Positions 12,645 to 24,584 of a stretch of 64,000 nucleotides of DNA are shown here, in pieces. How positions within the stretch are numbered: position 1 is the first letter of the stretch; each line of letters opens with the position of its first letter. Made by a program: the position numbers and the translations under genes. The DNA is from Psammoneis japonica (lineage: Eukaryota): positions 186,001-250,000 of the forward strand of contig QPGO01000076.1 of the NCBI GenBank assembly GCA_008632985.1, read 5' to 3'. Under the pieces are notes generated by a model. The model searched no databases. It saw only the letters and a list, made by a program, of their open reading frames with translations, and had not been told where the DNA came from.

Positions 12645-13751
12645 TTATTGTTGCTTCTCGTGTTCTGCTGAAGCATTGGCAACGATTTGCCCAAACTCTT
12701 TGCGAACCACCTTTCCATAGACTGTTGTGGCCCAGTACGTGTACCGTTGACTCCCCCGATGAATGCAAACGACTGCCAATCCAGCCAAGAGTGCCAAGTG
12801 TATTCGCTTATCTACCCAACACGCTAAAGCAAGCACCGTTGTGGCAAGAAAGACCAAAAACGCATGAACCGCCATGTAAAACATAAAGGCAGAAACCTCA
12901 TAATCATCATTTTGTTCTCGCTGCAACGTTTCAGCCATGGGACGATCCGGCCAAACCCGTTGGGCAAACTTGCGATAGAGCCCTTTGCGAACGGTATTGT
13001 GAAAGACGGTATCAAATCGCGGTGGTTGGGCACGATTCTTGCGAGGCAAATCAATGCCACCCAACAGAGCCATCCAAGTGACGTAGCAAATGAACCAGAG
13101 AAAGTAAAGAATCATGCTGTTTCCCACAATCGAGCCACCACCGTTGCCTCGAGGGAAGAAATGCACGTCTTGCAAATAGTCGAGCGAAAAGACGTTGGGC
13201 CAAGCTTGTTGAATTTCCGTTCCGTGCCACATGAATGTATAGGCCAACATGGGAGGAAAGACGTGAATGAATACACCCGACATGCTGTTGATACTGTGAA
13301 AGACGGTCGCCACAAAAGGGAGTAGCCCAGCAGCACCCAAGAGACCACCGCAACTAACTCCAATAAAGCACATGTAGAGTTGTTTACGCATTTCATCCGA
13401 CACGGAGGAAGAGACCATGAGTGCAAAGAGGACCGCAGATCCAATCGAGTTCATGACCCAGCAATAATCCATAAAGTACAGGATTTTATTGAGCGGTTTC
13501 GCCGAGAATTCTAACTGCATTTTCTTGGGGATGAGCACAACGTACTCTACCAAATAAAGTAGCCAAAAGTGCTGGGGATGCACCGAAAAGACATGAGCCA
13601 CAACGAGGCAGTTTACGACACCAAGAGTAAAGTTCGTTTGATTAAAGCCTTCTGTAATAAGCTTGTTGGAAGATGCATCAATAGTTTCCAGGACCTTTTG
13701 AACCGTGACCATTTCTGCTGAACGAAACGTTTGCTTGGATCTGACAGACAT
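12645..13751 (-). CDS. GPC1: Glycerophosphocholine acyltransferase Gpc1-like (DUF2838) multi-pass membrane protein
   Basis: NFTLGVVN, YFMDYCWVMN and VFHSINSMSGVFIHVFPP motifs; several TM segments; intact 368-aa ORF. Confidence 0.75.
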   Translation of the reverse strand: MSVRSKQTFRSAEMVTVQKVLETIDASSNKLITEGFNQTNFTLGVVNCLVVAHVFSVHPQHFWLLYLVEYVVLIPKKMQLEFSAKPLNKILYFMDYCWVMNSIGSAVLFALMVSSSVSDEMRKQLYMCFIGVSCGGLLGAAGLLPFVATVFHSINSMSGVFIHVFPPMLAYTFMWHGTEIQQAWPNVFSLDYLQDVHFFPRGNGGGSIVGNSMILYFLWFICYVTWMALLGGIDLPRKNRAQPPRFDTVFHNTVRKGLYRKFAQRVWPDRPMAETLQREQNDDYEVSAFMFYMAVHAFLVFLATTVLALACWVDKRIHLALLAGLAVVCIHRGSQRYTYWATTVYGKVVRKEFGQIVANASAEHEKQQ

Positions 13752-14099
13752 GCGGCTGTATTGAACGTCGCCTGGATTGAGATTTCGCCTGGTTCGTCAA
13801 ACATGTTGATCTGTTGGCAGCTTGAAAATCAATCGCAAATCTTGAGTTGTTGGAGGTTTTGCAGCAGGGCGGTTCTTCGTGCTAGAGTCGTCTAACACTC
13901 TACCATCTACTACACTTTATGCACAAAAAAGTAAAACAATAACCGCAGCTGTCGCAGCTGAAACAACAACCAAGATGATGGATCGAGAGGGGATGTGCGC
14001 ACTGCAACCCGGAGAAAGTTTTGCAAGAAAAGGCGTCCAAGCTTTCAGCAATCTGTCTTGAAACTAACGAACGAGAAACACATGATCAAATTGAATCAT

Positions 14100-17000
14100 A
14101 ACTGAGAAGGCATGACATTGTTCATTCATCATCATCATTGCTCAAGGCAAAGAGTGCAGCAAGTGCCAGAAATTCAAACATGTCAATCGCTCAATGAATG
14201 AGAGCATGCCACAGAAACTGCCCGCTTGTCCTCTCCGGCAGGTGGCCCGTCAGGAAGAGCCCTCTGGAGAAGCCCCAGCTCAGAATTTTTGGATGACTCT
14301 GCCTTGCCATCAAATGACATGCAGGAGGAGCCAAGGCTTGGCCCAACCTTCAAGGAACTTAGATTTGCAGATGACAACCTGAGTTGCAAATCTCTCCAGC
14401 ATTGATGTTGCAAGATGCTCAAGCAAGCTCGTTGTGTGAGATCCACAACAAGAGGAAATGATGCTGTTGCGGGATGGACTCCAAAGTCAACAAGAAAGTT
14501 TGCTGTCTGTTCTTGGGTGTACAACCAACAGTGTCAGCTGAATGGTGCCATGGAGTTGTGCACCCAGCACCCCAGAAGGAGGAGGGCTTTTCAGTGTGCA
14601 ATCCCTGGCCAGAAGAATGGCTTCTTGAAATGGGCAGGATTCACCCCACTCACACAGCATTTTGACCATTTTGCAGAGGGTCAGACAGTTGTGGTGGCAC
14701 AGTCTCTTGCAGTGATTTGGAGCCAAACCCCACTCATGGACAAGTTTTTTTGCACAAGCCACAGCTTCAAAGTCAAATGGGAACGTTTTCTCATTGCTTG
14801 CTGGCTCTTTTTGTCCAGCTTGACAGTTCAACAATCTGAGGTGTTGAAAGGTGGCATGGTGTTGTTTTTGCAGATGACAACCAGCTGGCAGTTTGTTCCA
14901 ATGGAAATGGGTGTGTCCACCGGTTGGGTTTTTCATTTTGCAGAACGCACAATGTCCTGTGCCACATTGTTTTTGTCTCATTCAAACAATGTGGTGCCCT
15001 GGTGGCCACACTGGCATGTGAGGTTTGGATGTCAGCAAGGGATTTCCACCTTTCTAAAACTGGCTTTTCCACTTGTTTCAGGCTAAAGTCAGCCAGCACA
15101 AGCACAATTTGCCTCTTTTTGTCTGCAAGCAATGCGTGTTTGTGAGAAAATCATGGACAATCTCAAGGAGTTGGCCGTTGTCATTCGCTGCTTTCAAGGA
15201 ACAACACAGGGTGAGCACCATCAGCATGATGACATGTGGAGCATGATCCCTGCCTGTCTGCACCATTGGCATTTGTTTGCAAAGACATGAGGCAGATCCC
15301 AACAACATCTGTGGGAGGGGGGCTGACTCCACTCAATTGGCTGGTGGTCAAGATGGGTGCTCTGCACCAATCTCTGTTGGGCATGCTGGCTGGTTGGCCA
15401 AGCATGATGATCTTGTTGGGCTCCTCACCCCAGCAAAACAACCACTCAAGGGCATCCACTCTGGCACACCAAACAGCTTGCCTTTCATTGTGGGCATGGT
15501 GGCATGATTCTTGAATGAAGGTCAACAAGAGCATGGGGTGACACTCAGCAAAGAAAGTGGAGTGCAGCTGTGCTCTTTAGATTTGATGCAAGGGGGGTCA
15601 CAGAAAGAATCTGACCACCAGAGCTGGGTGGCAGCCCACTGGCTGGCCAGCCAGAGCAGTTTGGGTGGTGCAATGTTGTCTTTTTCTTGCTCTTTGCACA
15701 ACTTGCCCCCTGCATCTGGGACCCATGATGTCTCAGTTTCTGCATTGGGAATTGTTCTGGCTGTCAGACAGCACCGCTCACCTCATGCTGTTGGTTTGCA
15801 TGGGGTGGAAGAGAGGACTTGTTTTGCCAGCAGCTGTGCCTCTGTGGGGGCTGTTGCAATCTCCAGCAATCATGCACAACAAGCCTGAAACAGCCCACAA
15901 AACATCATCATGAGGGCAGAAAGAGGAGAACATGGAAAGGCAGAAGGGTGTGCATGCATCATTGTGGTGCATGATGGAGCACTGTGTGGCTTTAAAAGTG
16001 GCAGTTTCTCGTGGCAATTTTCACATGCCACAGCTCTTCATGATCCAGGATTTGAGCCAACTTGCATGGATCCTGGCATTTGCACTCAAGCAGGTGAGGT
16101 GGCTGAACTGTTTGAGTCAGGAAGCAAGGAGCACACACCGGCAAATGCAAATTTGGCAGATTTGCTTGCAAGCATCATCACTGGAGAGCAACATTGGATT
16201 GTCCAAGTGGGAACACATTTGACAGTGTCTTGGCAGCCAAAGCCACACACCCACACAGCCCACTGTGCTCACATGCAGTGTTTTGGCTTTGAAGAAACCT
16301 GGGTTGTGTGTGCTGTCTCTCCTGTGCAAAGGATGTGTTTGTGCTTGGCTCAGAAAGGGTTTTTGTGGAGAAGAATTTGGCATCACTTGTGTGCAAACAA
16401 CTGGGCAGCCAGTGGCAGACAAATGCTAGAGAGCTCAGAGTTGATTGGGCTGTTTGCATGACCATGGCTGCCAACAACAGCCATTTTCAAAGAAACGCTG
16501 CTCATTCTCACCAAAGAAGACTCAAGTTTGAGTGAACCCACAGGCTGCAACCACAAGTGAATGGGCAGGCTCAAAGACAGAAAAACAAGATGTTGGTTGT
16601 CAGTTTTCTGGCCACAGCCCATGGTGCATTGCAGGTGAGCACAAAGCCTTTTTTTGCTTGGATCTTGCGAATGCTTGAGGTGTCCGGCAGGCAATGTGCA
16701 GTGTTCGGAGCCAAGACCAATTTTGCAAGACTCCCTTGCACCCCCTTTTTTGATGATCCCCCCTGCAACATGATGTGATGGGCTCAACAGCACTGAAAGA
16801 ATGTTGCCAATTTGGCCAGAGGACACCAGGGCTTGCACACTCATTTGCCGCATGACAGCAGCACTCCAGCAGCAGAACCATGTGCAGGCTTTGTCAACTC
16901 CTTGCAGCAAACCAAGGGCAGCCCGCAGGTTCTGTTGACATTGCCAAGAAACCACCTGATTTGGAGCCAGGATTTGGCCTCAAGAGAAGAAGAGGCATGC

Positions 17001-17790
17001 ATTTTTGCAAAACAAATTTTTAAATGTGTGCCAGCAATTTTTTGGCACTTTGCATTGTTGTGTTGCTCAACTCTGCCCAGCTCAACACAAACACCATGAT
17101 TTGCTCATGACGCGGCTTGCTCAACTCTTGTCCCCGGCATTGTTGGTGTGGTTGTTGACATGGCAGTGCAGCACCATTTTCTGTGTTCAACTTGTGCACA
17201 AATGCAAACAATTGACTCATCTGACTTGTGCTGGTTGTGGACAAAATGCACCTGTGATTCTCTCCTGTGAGCAAGTGCTGTGTGCTGGTGGCCAAAGAGA
17301 GAGTTGGTCAGTGTGGCACAACCTCAGAGAGCATCAATTTGGGGGTCAAGCTTGTTGTGTCCATGAAAGCAAGTGCTGCAATGTGGGCAACATGTCATCA
17401 GAAATGACATGGTGAACGGATCTTTTGGCCAAAGCAAGTGTGTTGTGCTCGAGTGTCTGTCGGCCCCGCAGTGAGCTGCAACATTGGAGAGCAAAGAACC
17501 AGGCAGGAAAAGGCCCCTTTCCCACAGGTTTGCTGCCAAAGCTCTTTCGAGGAATGAGAGAAAGCAGCCGATGAAACAAAAAATGGTTCTCAATGACGCG
17601 TTCCAATGTTGCTTGATTCAGGGGAGGATGACTCTCAACGGGTGATGAGGGCGTGTCCTCTCCCCTTGTCGGTCTCTCCATCAGGAGGCGCTGCAAACCG
17701 CAACCAAGGCACGCACAGGCAGAAGGCACACAGACAGGCAGGCATCAGACACACAACACCAACAACCATGGCCGCGTCGCATCACATCAC
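14100..17790. other. TpA-depleted tract 3 containing retroelement remnants
   Basis: Under 10 TA in 3.7 kb by eye; ends just upstream of the SDR start codon. Confidence 0.9.
15910..16210 (+). mobile_element. Ty1/copia LTR-retrotransposon remnant (RT and RNase H fragments fused by deletion)
   Basis: ALCGFKSGSFSW..ALHDPGFEPTCMDPGIC resembles copia RT ALYGLKSSG..W..L...GF.P...DP; HTPANANLADLL resembles the RNase H end N.AD.LTK. Confidence 0.65.
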
Positions 17791-17817
17791 GCCGTCATTA
17801 CATCACAACAATTGCAA

Positions 17818-19028
17818 ATGTCGCTGTCAAACGTTGTAGGAATTATTTCAGGAGGTGCTTCTGGTTTGGGTGCAGCCGCTGCCAAGTGCTTGTGTAAGAA
17901 TGGAGGACGTGTGTTGGTTGCAGACTTGTCGCATCAGCGAGAAGCGTTTCAAAGCTTATTGAATGATGCCGACATGACGAAAGGAGAAATGGTATTTTGT
18001 GAAACGGATGTGACAGACGAACAACGGGTATCGAACGCTCTTGAAATGGCAAAAGAAGCTTTTGGTGAACCAGGTAAATTGTAAACGAGAATGGGGCGTT
18101 TGGTGCTGCGTTGATGAAGTTGCGTGTTCAAAATGTGGAAGTCTAACATACGCTTATGCTCGCTCTGCGGTCTTCTGTCTTTTTGTTTTCCGCTTGCGCT
18201 ACCTTAAACCGAAAGTCAATGTTGCCATAAACTGTGCTGGCATTGCCATTGCTCAGAAAACATTAAAGCGAGACAAGCAGGACAAGGCGTCTTTCATTCC
18301 GCACACATTGGATTCCTTTTCGAATACTATACATGTGAATTGTGTTGGCAGTTTCAATTTGGCGAGATTGGCATCCCAACAAATGGCAAGCCGCCCTAAA
18401 GATGAAGAAGGATTGCGTGGGTGCATTATAAACACAGCGAGCATTGCAGGTCAGAGTATTTCGCTGCTGCAGAGTTTGTATGACTTGTGTAAGCTCAAGC
18501 TGACCTTTCCCCTGTTCTTTCTCTTGTTTTAGCTTATGACGGACAAATTGGCCAGGTCGCCTACTCGGCCAGCAAGGGAGCAATTGTTGGAATGACACTT
18601 CCAATGGCTCGAGATCTCGCCCCTTTTGGTATACGAGTCATGACCATTGTGAGTTTTCGAAGTCGTAGTGGACTGCTTAATTGACGTTTCGTCTGCTAGT
18701 GCCTCGATGAATTAATTTTTCTTGTTTAACTTTGATGCTGTGCTATGTTAATAGGCTCCTGGGCTGTTTAGGACTCCATTGCTCGAGGCTCTGCCTGATG
18801 CAGTTCAACAAGAGCTGGGAAGCATGGTGCCTTGCCCAAACCGATTGGGACACCCAGAGGAGTTTGGAGGTAGGGTTGATCATACATGTCTGTCTTGGTC
18901 GTTGTTTTTCAAAAAAAAGTTCCTCACATCGTGATACTTTAGAGCTCGTGGTATCGATACTCAGAAACCCAATGTTAAACGGCGAAGTCATTCGGCTGGA
19001 CGGTGGATTGCGAATGCCGCCAAAATAG
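17818..19028 (+). CDS. HSD17B10: 3-hydroxyacyl-CoA dehydrogenase type 2-like SDR; exons 17818-18073, 18216-18449, 18533-18648, 18755-18869, 18943-19028
   Basis: [45 protein letters not shown] and [19 protein letters not shown]; all introns GT-AG and in frame. Confidence 0.92.
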
Positions 19029-19545
19029 AAGGTTGGGCGGGGCTATCGTTTCAGGGAGTGGTTCTGCGTAGGTGCTCTGACATATCCTAGTGCATTGGGG
19101 GACACGGTTGATTCTCCAGAGTTTCCCTTGAAATAAATTGAAATTTGCCAAAATGCTTGTAGCGACGGAGGGGAGTGGGTGGGAACCGGTACTTATATTA
19201 GGAACGAAAGCTCAAGGCAATGCCTGACGAAAAGACTTCAAAATCATGGTCAATGCTGGCAGCTAAGCTAGCTTTTCTTACCCTTTGTGCAAGCTGTGAA
19301 CTAAACGGGTCTTACTTTTCTACTAGAGGGAAAGCTAGCTCCAAGATTCTTCGAGCTGCGGTGAAGCCGCAGTCAGTATATCAAGCCATACGGTTTCGTG
19401 GTCGATGGTCGACCGTAAAGCTTTATCTTGCGCACCGTTCAAACAGGCTGTGCCAGCGGGAGAGCGTGAATTGGGAACCATGCGTCGCATGTTTTGAATC
19501 ATCATGCTGCAAGAAGTTCGCGGATCCAGATTCAGTCGTGTCAAG
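18915..19545. repeat. Segmental duplication copy 1: last SDR exon, intergenic DNA, and an internally deleted remnant of the 7TM gene
   Basis: 18933-19450 aligns with 21033-21550; 19470-19540 matches the 7TM start and upstream region at 23075-23210. Confidence 0.88.
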
Positions 19546-19844
19546 ATCGCGGATCGCGTCAAGATCGCGTATCGCAATACGTACCATCATACTCCATGAG
19601 ACGAGAGCTTGTCCCATAATTCTTATTGCTTCCATCTTCTACTATCATCTTTCAGCAAACGCAAGATACCGCTATTCGCGTCAGGTGCTGAACGTTTCTT
19701 AGTGATAGACTATCTATTGTCATCTCGACAGGCAGTCGATTGAAGGAACGAGTGGCACGGCTTGGCGGTAGAGAAGATATTGTTGGCACGTCTGCAGCCA
19801 AACGCACCTACCGAGGATCCGGTCACACAATACAAACATTGAAA

Positions 19845-20471
19845 ATGAAAGACTATGACCACCAATTGCCGCCAAATCTAAAATTGCTTAGCACAACAAG
19901 ATTAAACAATGGTGTGCATCTGATTGCTTCTGGAGGCTCGATTCTAGATTACAAAGGTGACTGCATGGTGAACGCTGCCAACACTGGAGGAGTCACAGGG
20001 TTTGGTCTCGACGAGCTGGTCAATCGAAAGGCTGGGAATGCCATGAAGGAAGCAAGGAGAAAATTCAATGGAATCCCAACTGGCTGCGCAAAATCAACTC
20101 CAAGTTTCAACCACACCAATGTAAAATGGGTCATTCATGCGACTGGTCCCGTCTTTCGGGATAATTCATTCTCAAAGGAGACGTCGGAAGAAAAATATCA
20201 ACTGTTGCAGAGTGCCTATAGAAATGCTCTCAAGGAAGCATCCAATCTTGGCTGCAAGGACATTGGTTGTTGTTTGCTTAGCTGTGGAGTCTTTCGCGGA
20301 TCGGAACCTTTGGAAAAGCTAATCAAGGTGGCATTGGAGGCAGTTGTTCACAGCGTGGAGGAAACTTCCTCTGAGTGTTCTATTCAAAAAGCAGTAGTTG
20401 TTGCATACACACAAGAAGAGCAAGAGACATTGAAGAGTCAAATGGATTGGTTGAAGCTACGCTTGGATTGA
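19845..20471 (+). CDS. Macrodomain protein (MacroD-like ADP-ribose-binding/hydrolase)
   Basis: GGSILDYKGDCMVNAANTGG..G.G.D, VIHATGP, AYRNALKEA and LLSCGVFRG. Confidence 0.85.
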   Translation: MKDYDHQLPPNLKLLSTTRLNNGVHLIASGGSILDYKGDCMVNAANTGGVTGFGLDELVNRKAGNAMKEARRKFNGIPTGCAKSTPSFNHTNVKWVIHATGPVFRDNSFSKETSEEKYQLLQSAYRNALKEASNLGCKDIGCCLLSCGVFRGSEPLEKLIKVALEAVVHSVEETSSECSIQKAVVVAYTQEEQETLKSQMDWLKLRLD

Positions 20472-21014
20472 ATCTACACTTGGATTGAAGCATCCGCTAA
20501 CGGGCCGCGCTTCCGAGCTACATATCAGGGGACCTTTGCTGGAGTGCCAATTTGACAGGCGAACAGTCCTCGAACAAAAGGGATGGAACGGTAAAACCGG
20601 TGGTGGACGTTTCAACAGAGAGGTTGCCGGTTTTTCTAGAGGAGGTGTGTTTCTTGATGGAAGAGAAGATTACATGCATGTTCCTTCCTCCACAAGTTTT
20701 TGCAATTGATGAACTGCACCTTGATGGCATTGTTGCTGTACGAGGATCCCCATCCAATTGGAAAGTCGCAATATATTATTCAGATCGCAGGAGCGATTGG
20801 ACTCAACATTACGCAGGATGCCCGTCGTGTAAGGACAGGTGTTTTTTTTTTTGTGGTTGCACGAGCAGGCAAGAAAACCTTGTTAAATTGGATACCGACA
20901 AAGATTCACACGGATTCGTGGACTCACGTGTGGCTACAACCGAGGATAAAGAAATATCGACTCTCCTTGCCAACGGAAAAAGTTCTGGTGAAAAGGGCCT
21001 CCAGACTCCCAACA

Positions 21015-21550
21015 CAGTTTCTCACAACGTGCTACTTTAGAGCTCGTGGCATCGATACTCAGAAACCCAATGTTGAACGGCGAAGGCATTCGGCTGGACG
21101 GTGGATTAGGAAAGTCACCAAAATAGAAAGTGGGGCGGTGGCTATTCTTTCAGGGGGGCGTTCTGCGTAGGTGCTCTGAACCAGCTTAGCGCATTGGAGG
21201 ACGCAGTTGGTTCTCCAGATTTCCCAATGAAATAAATTGAATTTTACCAAAATCCTTGTAGCGACGGCGGGGAGTGGGTGGGAACTGGTAATTATATTAG
21301 GAACGAAAGCTCACGGCTGTGCCTGACGAGAAGACTTCAAAATCATTGTAAATGCTGGCAGCTAAGCTAGCTTTTCTTACTCTTTGTTGCAAGCTGTGAA
21401 CTAAACGGGTCTTACTGCTCTACTAGAGGGAAAGCTAGCTCCAAGATTCTTCGAGCTGCGGTAAAGCCGCAGTCTGTATCAAGCTATACGGTTTCGCGGT
21501 TTGATCCGATGGTCGACCGTAAAGCTTTTTCTTGCTCACCGTTCAAACAG
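21015..21550. repeat. Segmental duplication copy 2: degenerate SDR last exon plus the true 3' end of the 7TM gene
   Basis: tactttagagctcgtgg(c/t)atcgatactcagaaacccaatg and downstream sequence shared with copy 1. Confidence 0.88.
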
Positions 21551-23084
21551 GCAGCACCAGCCGGAGGAGCGGTTGGACTTTCTGCAACGACAAGCTCCAA
21601 TTCATGATCGCTGACCTCGTTTCCACTAAGTTCCGTTGCGGACAGGTACAATCTTGCATTCGGATTCGGACGGAAGAAGAGCGCAAACATAAGAAGAAGT
21701 GCAAAGAAAACCAAGTCCCCATAATATGGAATCGCCACTGCCCAATAGCCTCGTGGCGAGGTCTGAAAGGAGAAAGAACTCGAATATTCTTTCCAATATT
21801 CTTTCCCTAGTTGAACCAATCGAACAACATTGCCAATACATTCGGGGATCGCCAAAAGGAAGGTAGCCACAACGAGCCACGTCATTCGTTTCATTCGACG
21901 CAGCTTGTGCACTTGATTCGAGAGAGACAAACGGCGCCGCGTTTGTCGCAGAGCCGAAAAGGCCCAAACAAAAAAGATAGCATCCAATGTCCAATACACC
22001 AGGATAACCCCTGCCGTGTCCGCTAGTATCTCATAAACGGTGTCCAGTAAATGAACAAATAAGTATTGATACTGAACGAGTAGGCGTGTCGCAAAAAAGA
22101 TCACTCCAAAGAGCCAAATTGCTCGTTGGTTACCCGTTTGTAGAGTATCTTGGACAACATTCCAACCCCGACATATCTGGAGAACCACGACCCGAGAGAT
22201 GGTAGCTTTGGGACTGGACTGCATAAGACAAATATGAGCAGATTAGTGAGCCTGTAAAAGGTCCAGTGCTGTTCGACAAAGTCCAAAGGTGCAAAGCCCA
22301 CTACTACAATGTGGAGAGAAGCCAGCCACCCCAAGACAATGAGCAGCCAAATGAAACGCTCCACCGGTATTCGATTTGCTGCATGGCGGTACATTTGAGC
22401 CGTGTACCAAACCAATAGTAGTGTATAACCGGTGGTTAGCCCTGCGTATATCTCCATCATTCGAAACATTTGCTGAGTGAGATTGCCATGACGAAGATGG
22501 AAACTAGAAGATGTTGCATTCACGTATATCACTGTGCTTTGGGGGTTGCAGTTCGAAACCAGCAGCCAAAAGCTTCTGCCTTTAATATGGACTTGCTTCG
22601 GCACTGCATCGCTGTCAATTACACCTGCGTTTGATATCAGAAGAGAATAGCGACGGTCATTTTCGACGTCAGCCCATTCGGTACGACCAAGATGCCCTGG
22701 CTGACAGACCTGAGATCCATCGTCGAGCGAGAACAAGTGGTCTGTGGCCTTCGGACGGTCCGCGGCCTTACGAGTAGTAGCCCTACGGCGCGTGCCCTTA
22801 CTACAGCACTGATAATCCCGAAAATCAGGCAAAAAATTGAAGTTGGTACCAATGACAATTTCAATCTCGACGGAAGTCGATGGACTTTCTTGGGCTGTAA
22901 ATTCAATTTCCGACAGATCAAGAATATAGGGCTCCTTGTCCTCAGACCAATTTGGGTAGTCAAATCCGGTTTCTTCCAACAGATTCTCGCCGGGTCTGAC
23001 ATTTGCGGAAAACTCAAACGCTGCCGCCGTTCTGGTAACAACAACAACAAGCTTCAACCAAAACTGCAACCTCAATTGAACCAT
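21484..23084 (-). CDS. GOST/lung seven-transmembrane receptor-like protein (TMEM87/GPR107-type), frameshift near 22220
   Basis: Signal peptide, luminal domain (LLVSNC), then TM region RIPVERFIWLLIVLG..KATISRVVVLQICRGW..FRPNPNA, split over two frames. Confidence 0.72.
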
Positions 23085-23628
23085 GTCGCATGTTCTGAAT
23101 TATATATTACGACAGCGATGAATCAACTCGAAAGAAGATAGTACACTGTGTGTCGCCGGTCGCCGCATAAAAGGCAACAATAGTTGCGCGGATCCAGATC
23201 CAGTCGTGGATGATACGCGGATAGCAAGTTGAAGGCCCATACCGTGCGAACTACCGTATCATATCGCGAGCGCCGCGCCGCGACGATGGACGAGCTCGGC
23301 GAAAATGTCCCAATCGCGGTGTCTACAGTATGACTTGATGTTTTTGAGAAACTGACCTTACACTCTTTGTCAACGGCGAAAATTCTGATGAAAAGGACCT
23401 TGCTACTCCTAAGTTTCATTGTGACCGTTCAACATTGGCTCTAGTTATCTGGGGTCGGACAAGGTGACACCAGGAACGAAATTTGATGGTTTGATGATGT
23501 CAGCGTCTATGACTGAGCTCTCGGTCAAACAGAGCTCCGCTCCGATATGTTTCGTCACTAACGATTCGGAAGAGCTCTGGAGTCGCGTACTGCTCCATTA
23601 CGGCAAGGTGGTAGCAAAAGACTCCTTG

Positions 23629-24276
23629 CTACTCTCGCAAATGTCGAAAGAAAGCCTCCTTGTAGAGTTCCACTCGTGGCACATAGGCTTCATCACTCGC
23701 TTCCCAAGCCATTTTCAAGTCATTCAGTGCTATCCATTTTAAAGCGGTAACCTCTGCTTGTCCAATGGCAAACTTACAGTCGTCCTTGTTGCATCGCAAA
23801 AAGAAGACGTGCTCGTACGCATTGCATCCACCCCACGGAGCCTGCTCTGCGGGACACACAAAGGCATATTCTAGTTGAGTAGGTGAAATGACAAGACCCA
23901 ACTCTTCTGCCACTTCCGAGACAGCAGTATCTCTAGCACTCTTGTCATTAGCAGCAATGTGTCCGGCTGCACTGATATCCCACCGACCCGGAAAGGTATC
24001 TTTTTTGGAGATCGCTGTTGTAGTAAAATCTCTCCACTTGTTTATCCACAACCAAACATGAACACTACAATGCCAATCCTGGTTGTCATGAACGACTTTG
24101 CGAGTCTTGAGTTTGCCCGTCGAGCACGGTTTGTCCTTGTAAATGTCAAAATCAGTAGGCGGCGCAACCATCACCTCGAAGACTTCGTCGTCCTGTTGTG
24201 CACTCTCTAATGCGTGGGGATTGCTCGTAGGCGTGGTAGTAGCAGCAGTGCTAGTAGCAAGAGCATCGGATAACAT
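23629..24276 (-). CDS. Nudix hydrolase (IDI/plant NUDT3-like), with compensating indels near 24000-24050
   Basis: VHDNQDWHCSVHVW, KDTFPGRWDISAAGH and Nudix-box-like TAVSEVAEELGL; an alternative frame restores GEILLQQRS. Confidence 0.85.
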   Translation of the reverse strand: MLSDALATSTAATTTPTSNPHALESAQQDDEVFEVMVAPPTDFDIYKDKPCSTGKLKTRKVVHDNQDWHCSVHVWLWINKWRDFTTTAISKKDTFPGRWDISAAGHIAANDKSARDTAVSEVAEELGLVISPTQLEYAFVCPAEQAPWGGCNAYEHVFFLRCNKDDCKFAIGQAEVTALKWIALNDLKMAWEASDEAYVPRVELYKEAFFRHLRE

Positions 24277-24584
24277 GGCGGCACGTGGAAAAGATCAGTC
24301 TATGATGGTGGAGAGTGGAGAGGAATAGCATGCACTTTGGCGGCGCTTCACCATGGTGATACCATAGGTGAACTGATGCGTCGGCGTCGGCGATGAGCGA
24401 TGAGCAGACGTGATCTCTCATAAGATATGGGCGCATGTACTTTTCTTGTATTTATATGTGTTTATTAGGGGATGAATATGAATTGATTGTTCCCCGCCTT
24501 CGCTCGCCGCACCTCGCCGATGACCACTTTCGAAGTTGATCCTCGTGATGTGATGTGTGATGTGTGCTCATAAAATCGATTGGC

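Noticed and set aside
20552..21040. 162-aa ORF between the macrodomain gene and duplication copy 2
   Set aside because: No ATG at the called start, no recognisable motif, and it runs into the duplication junction.
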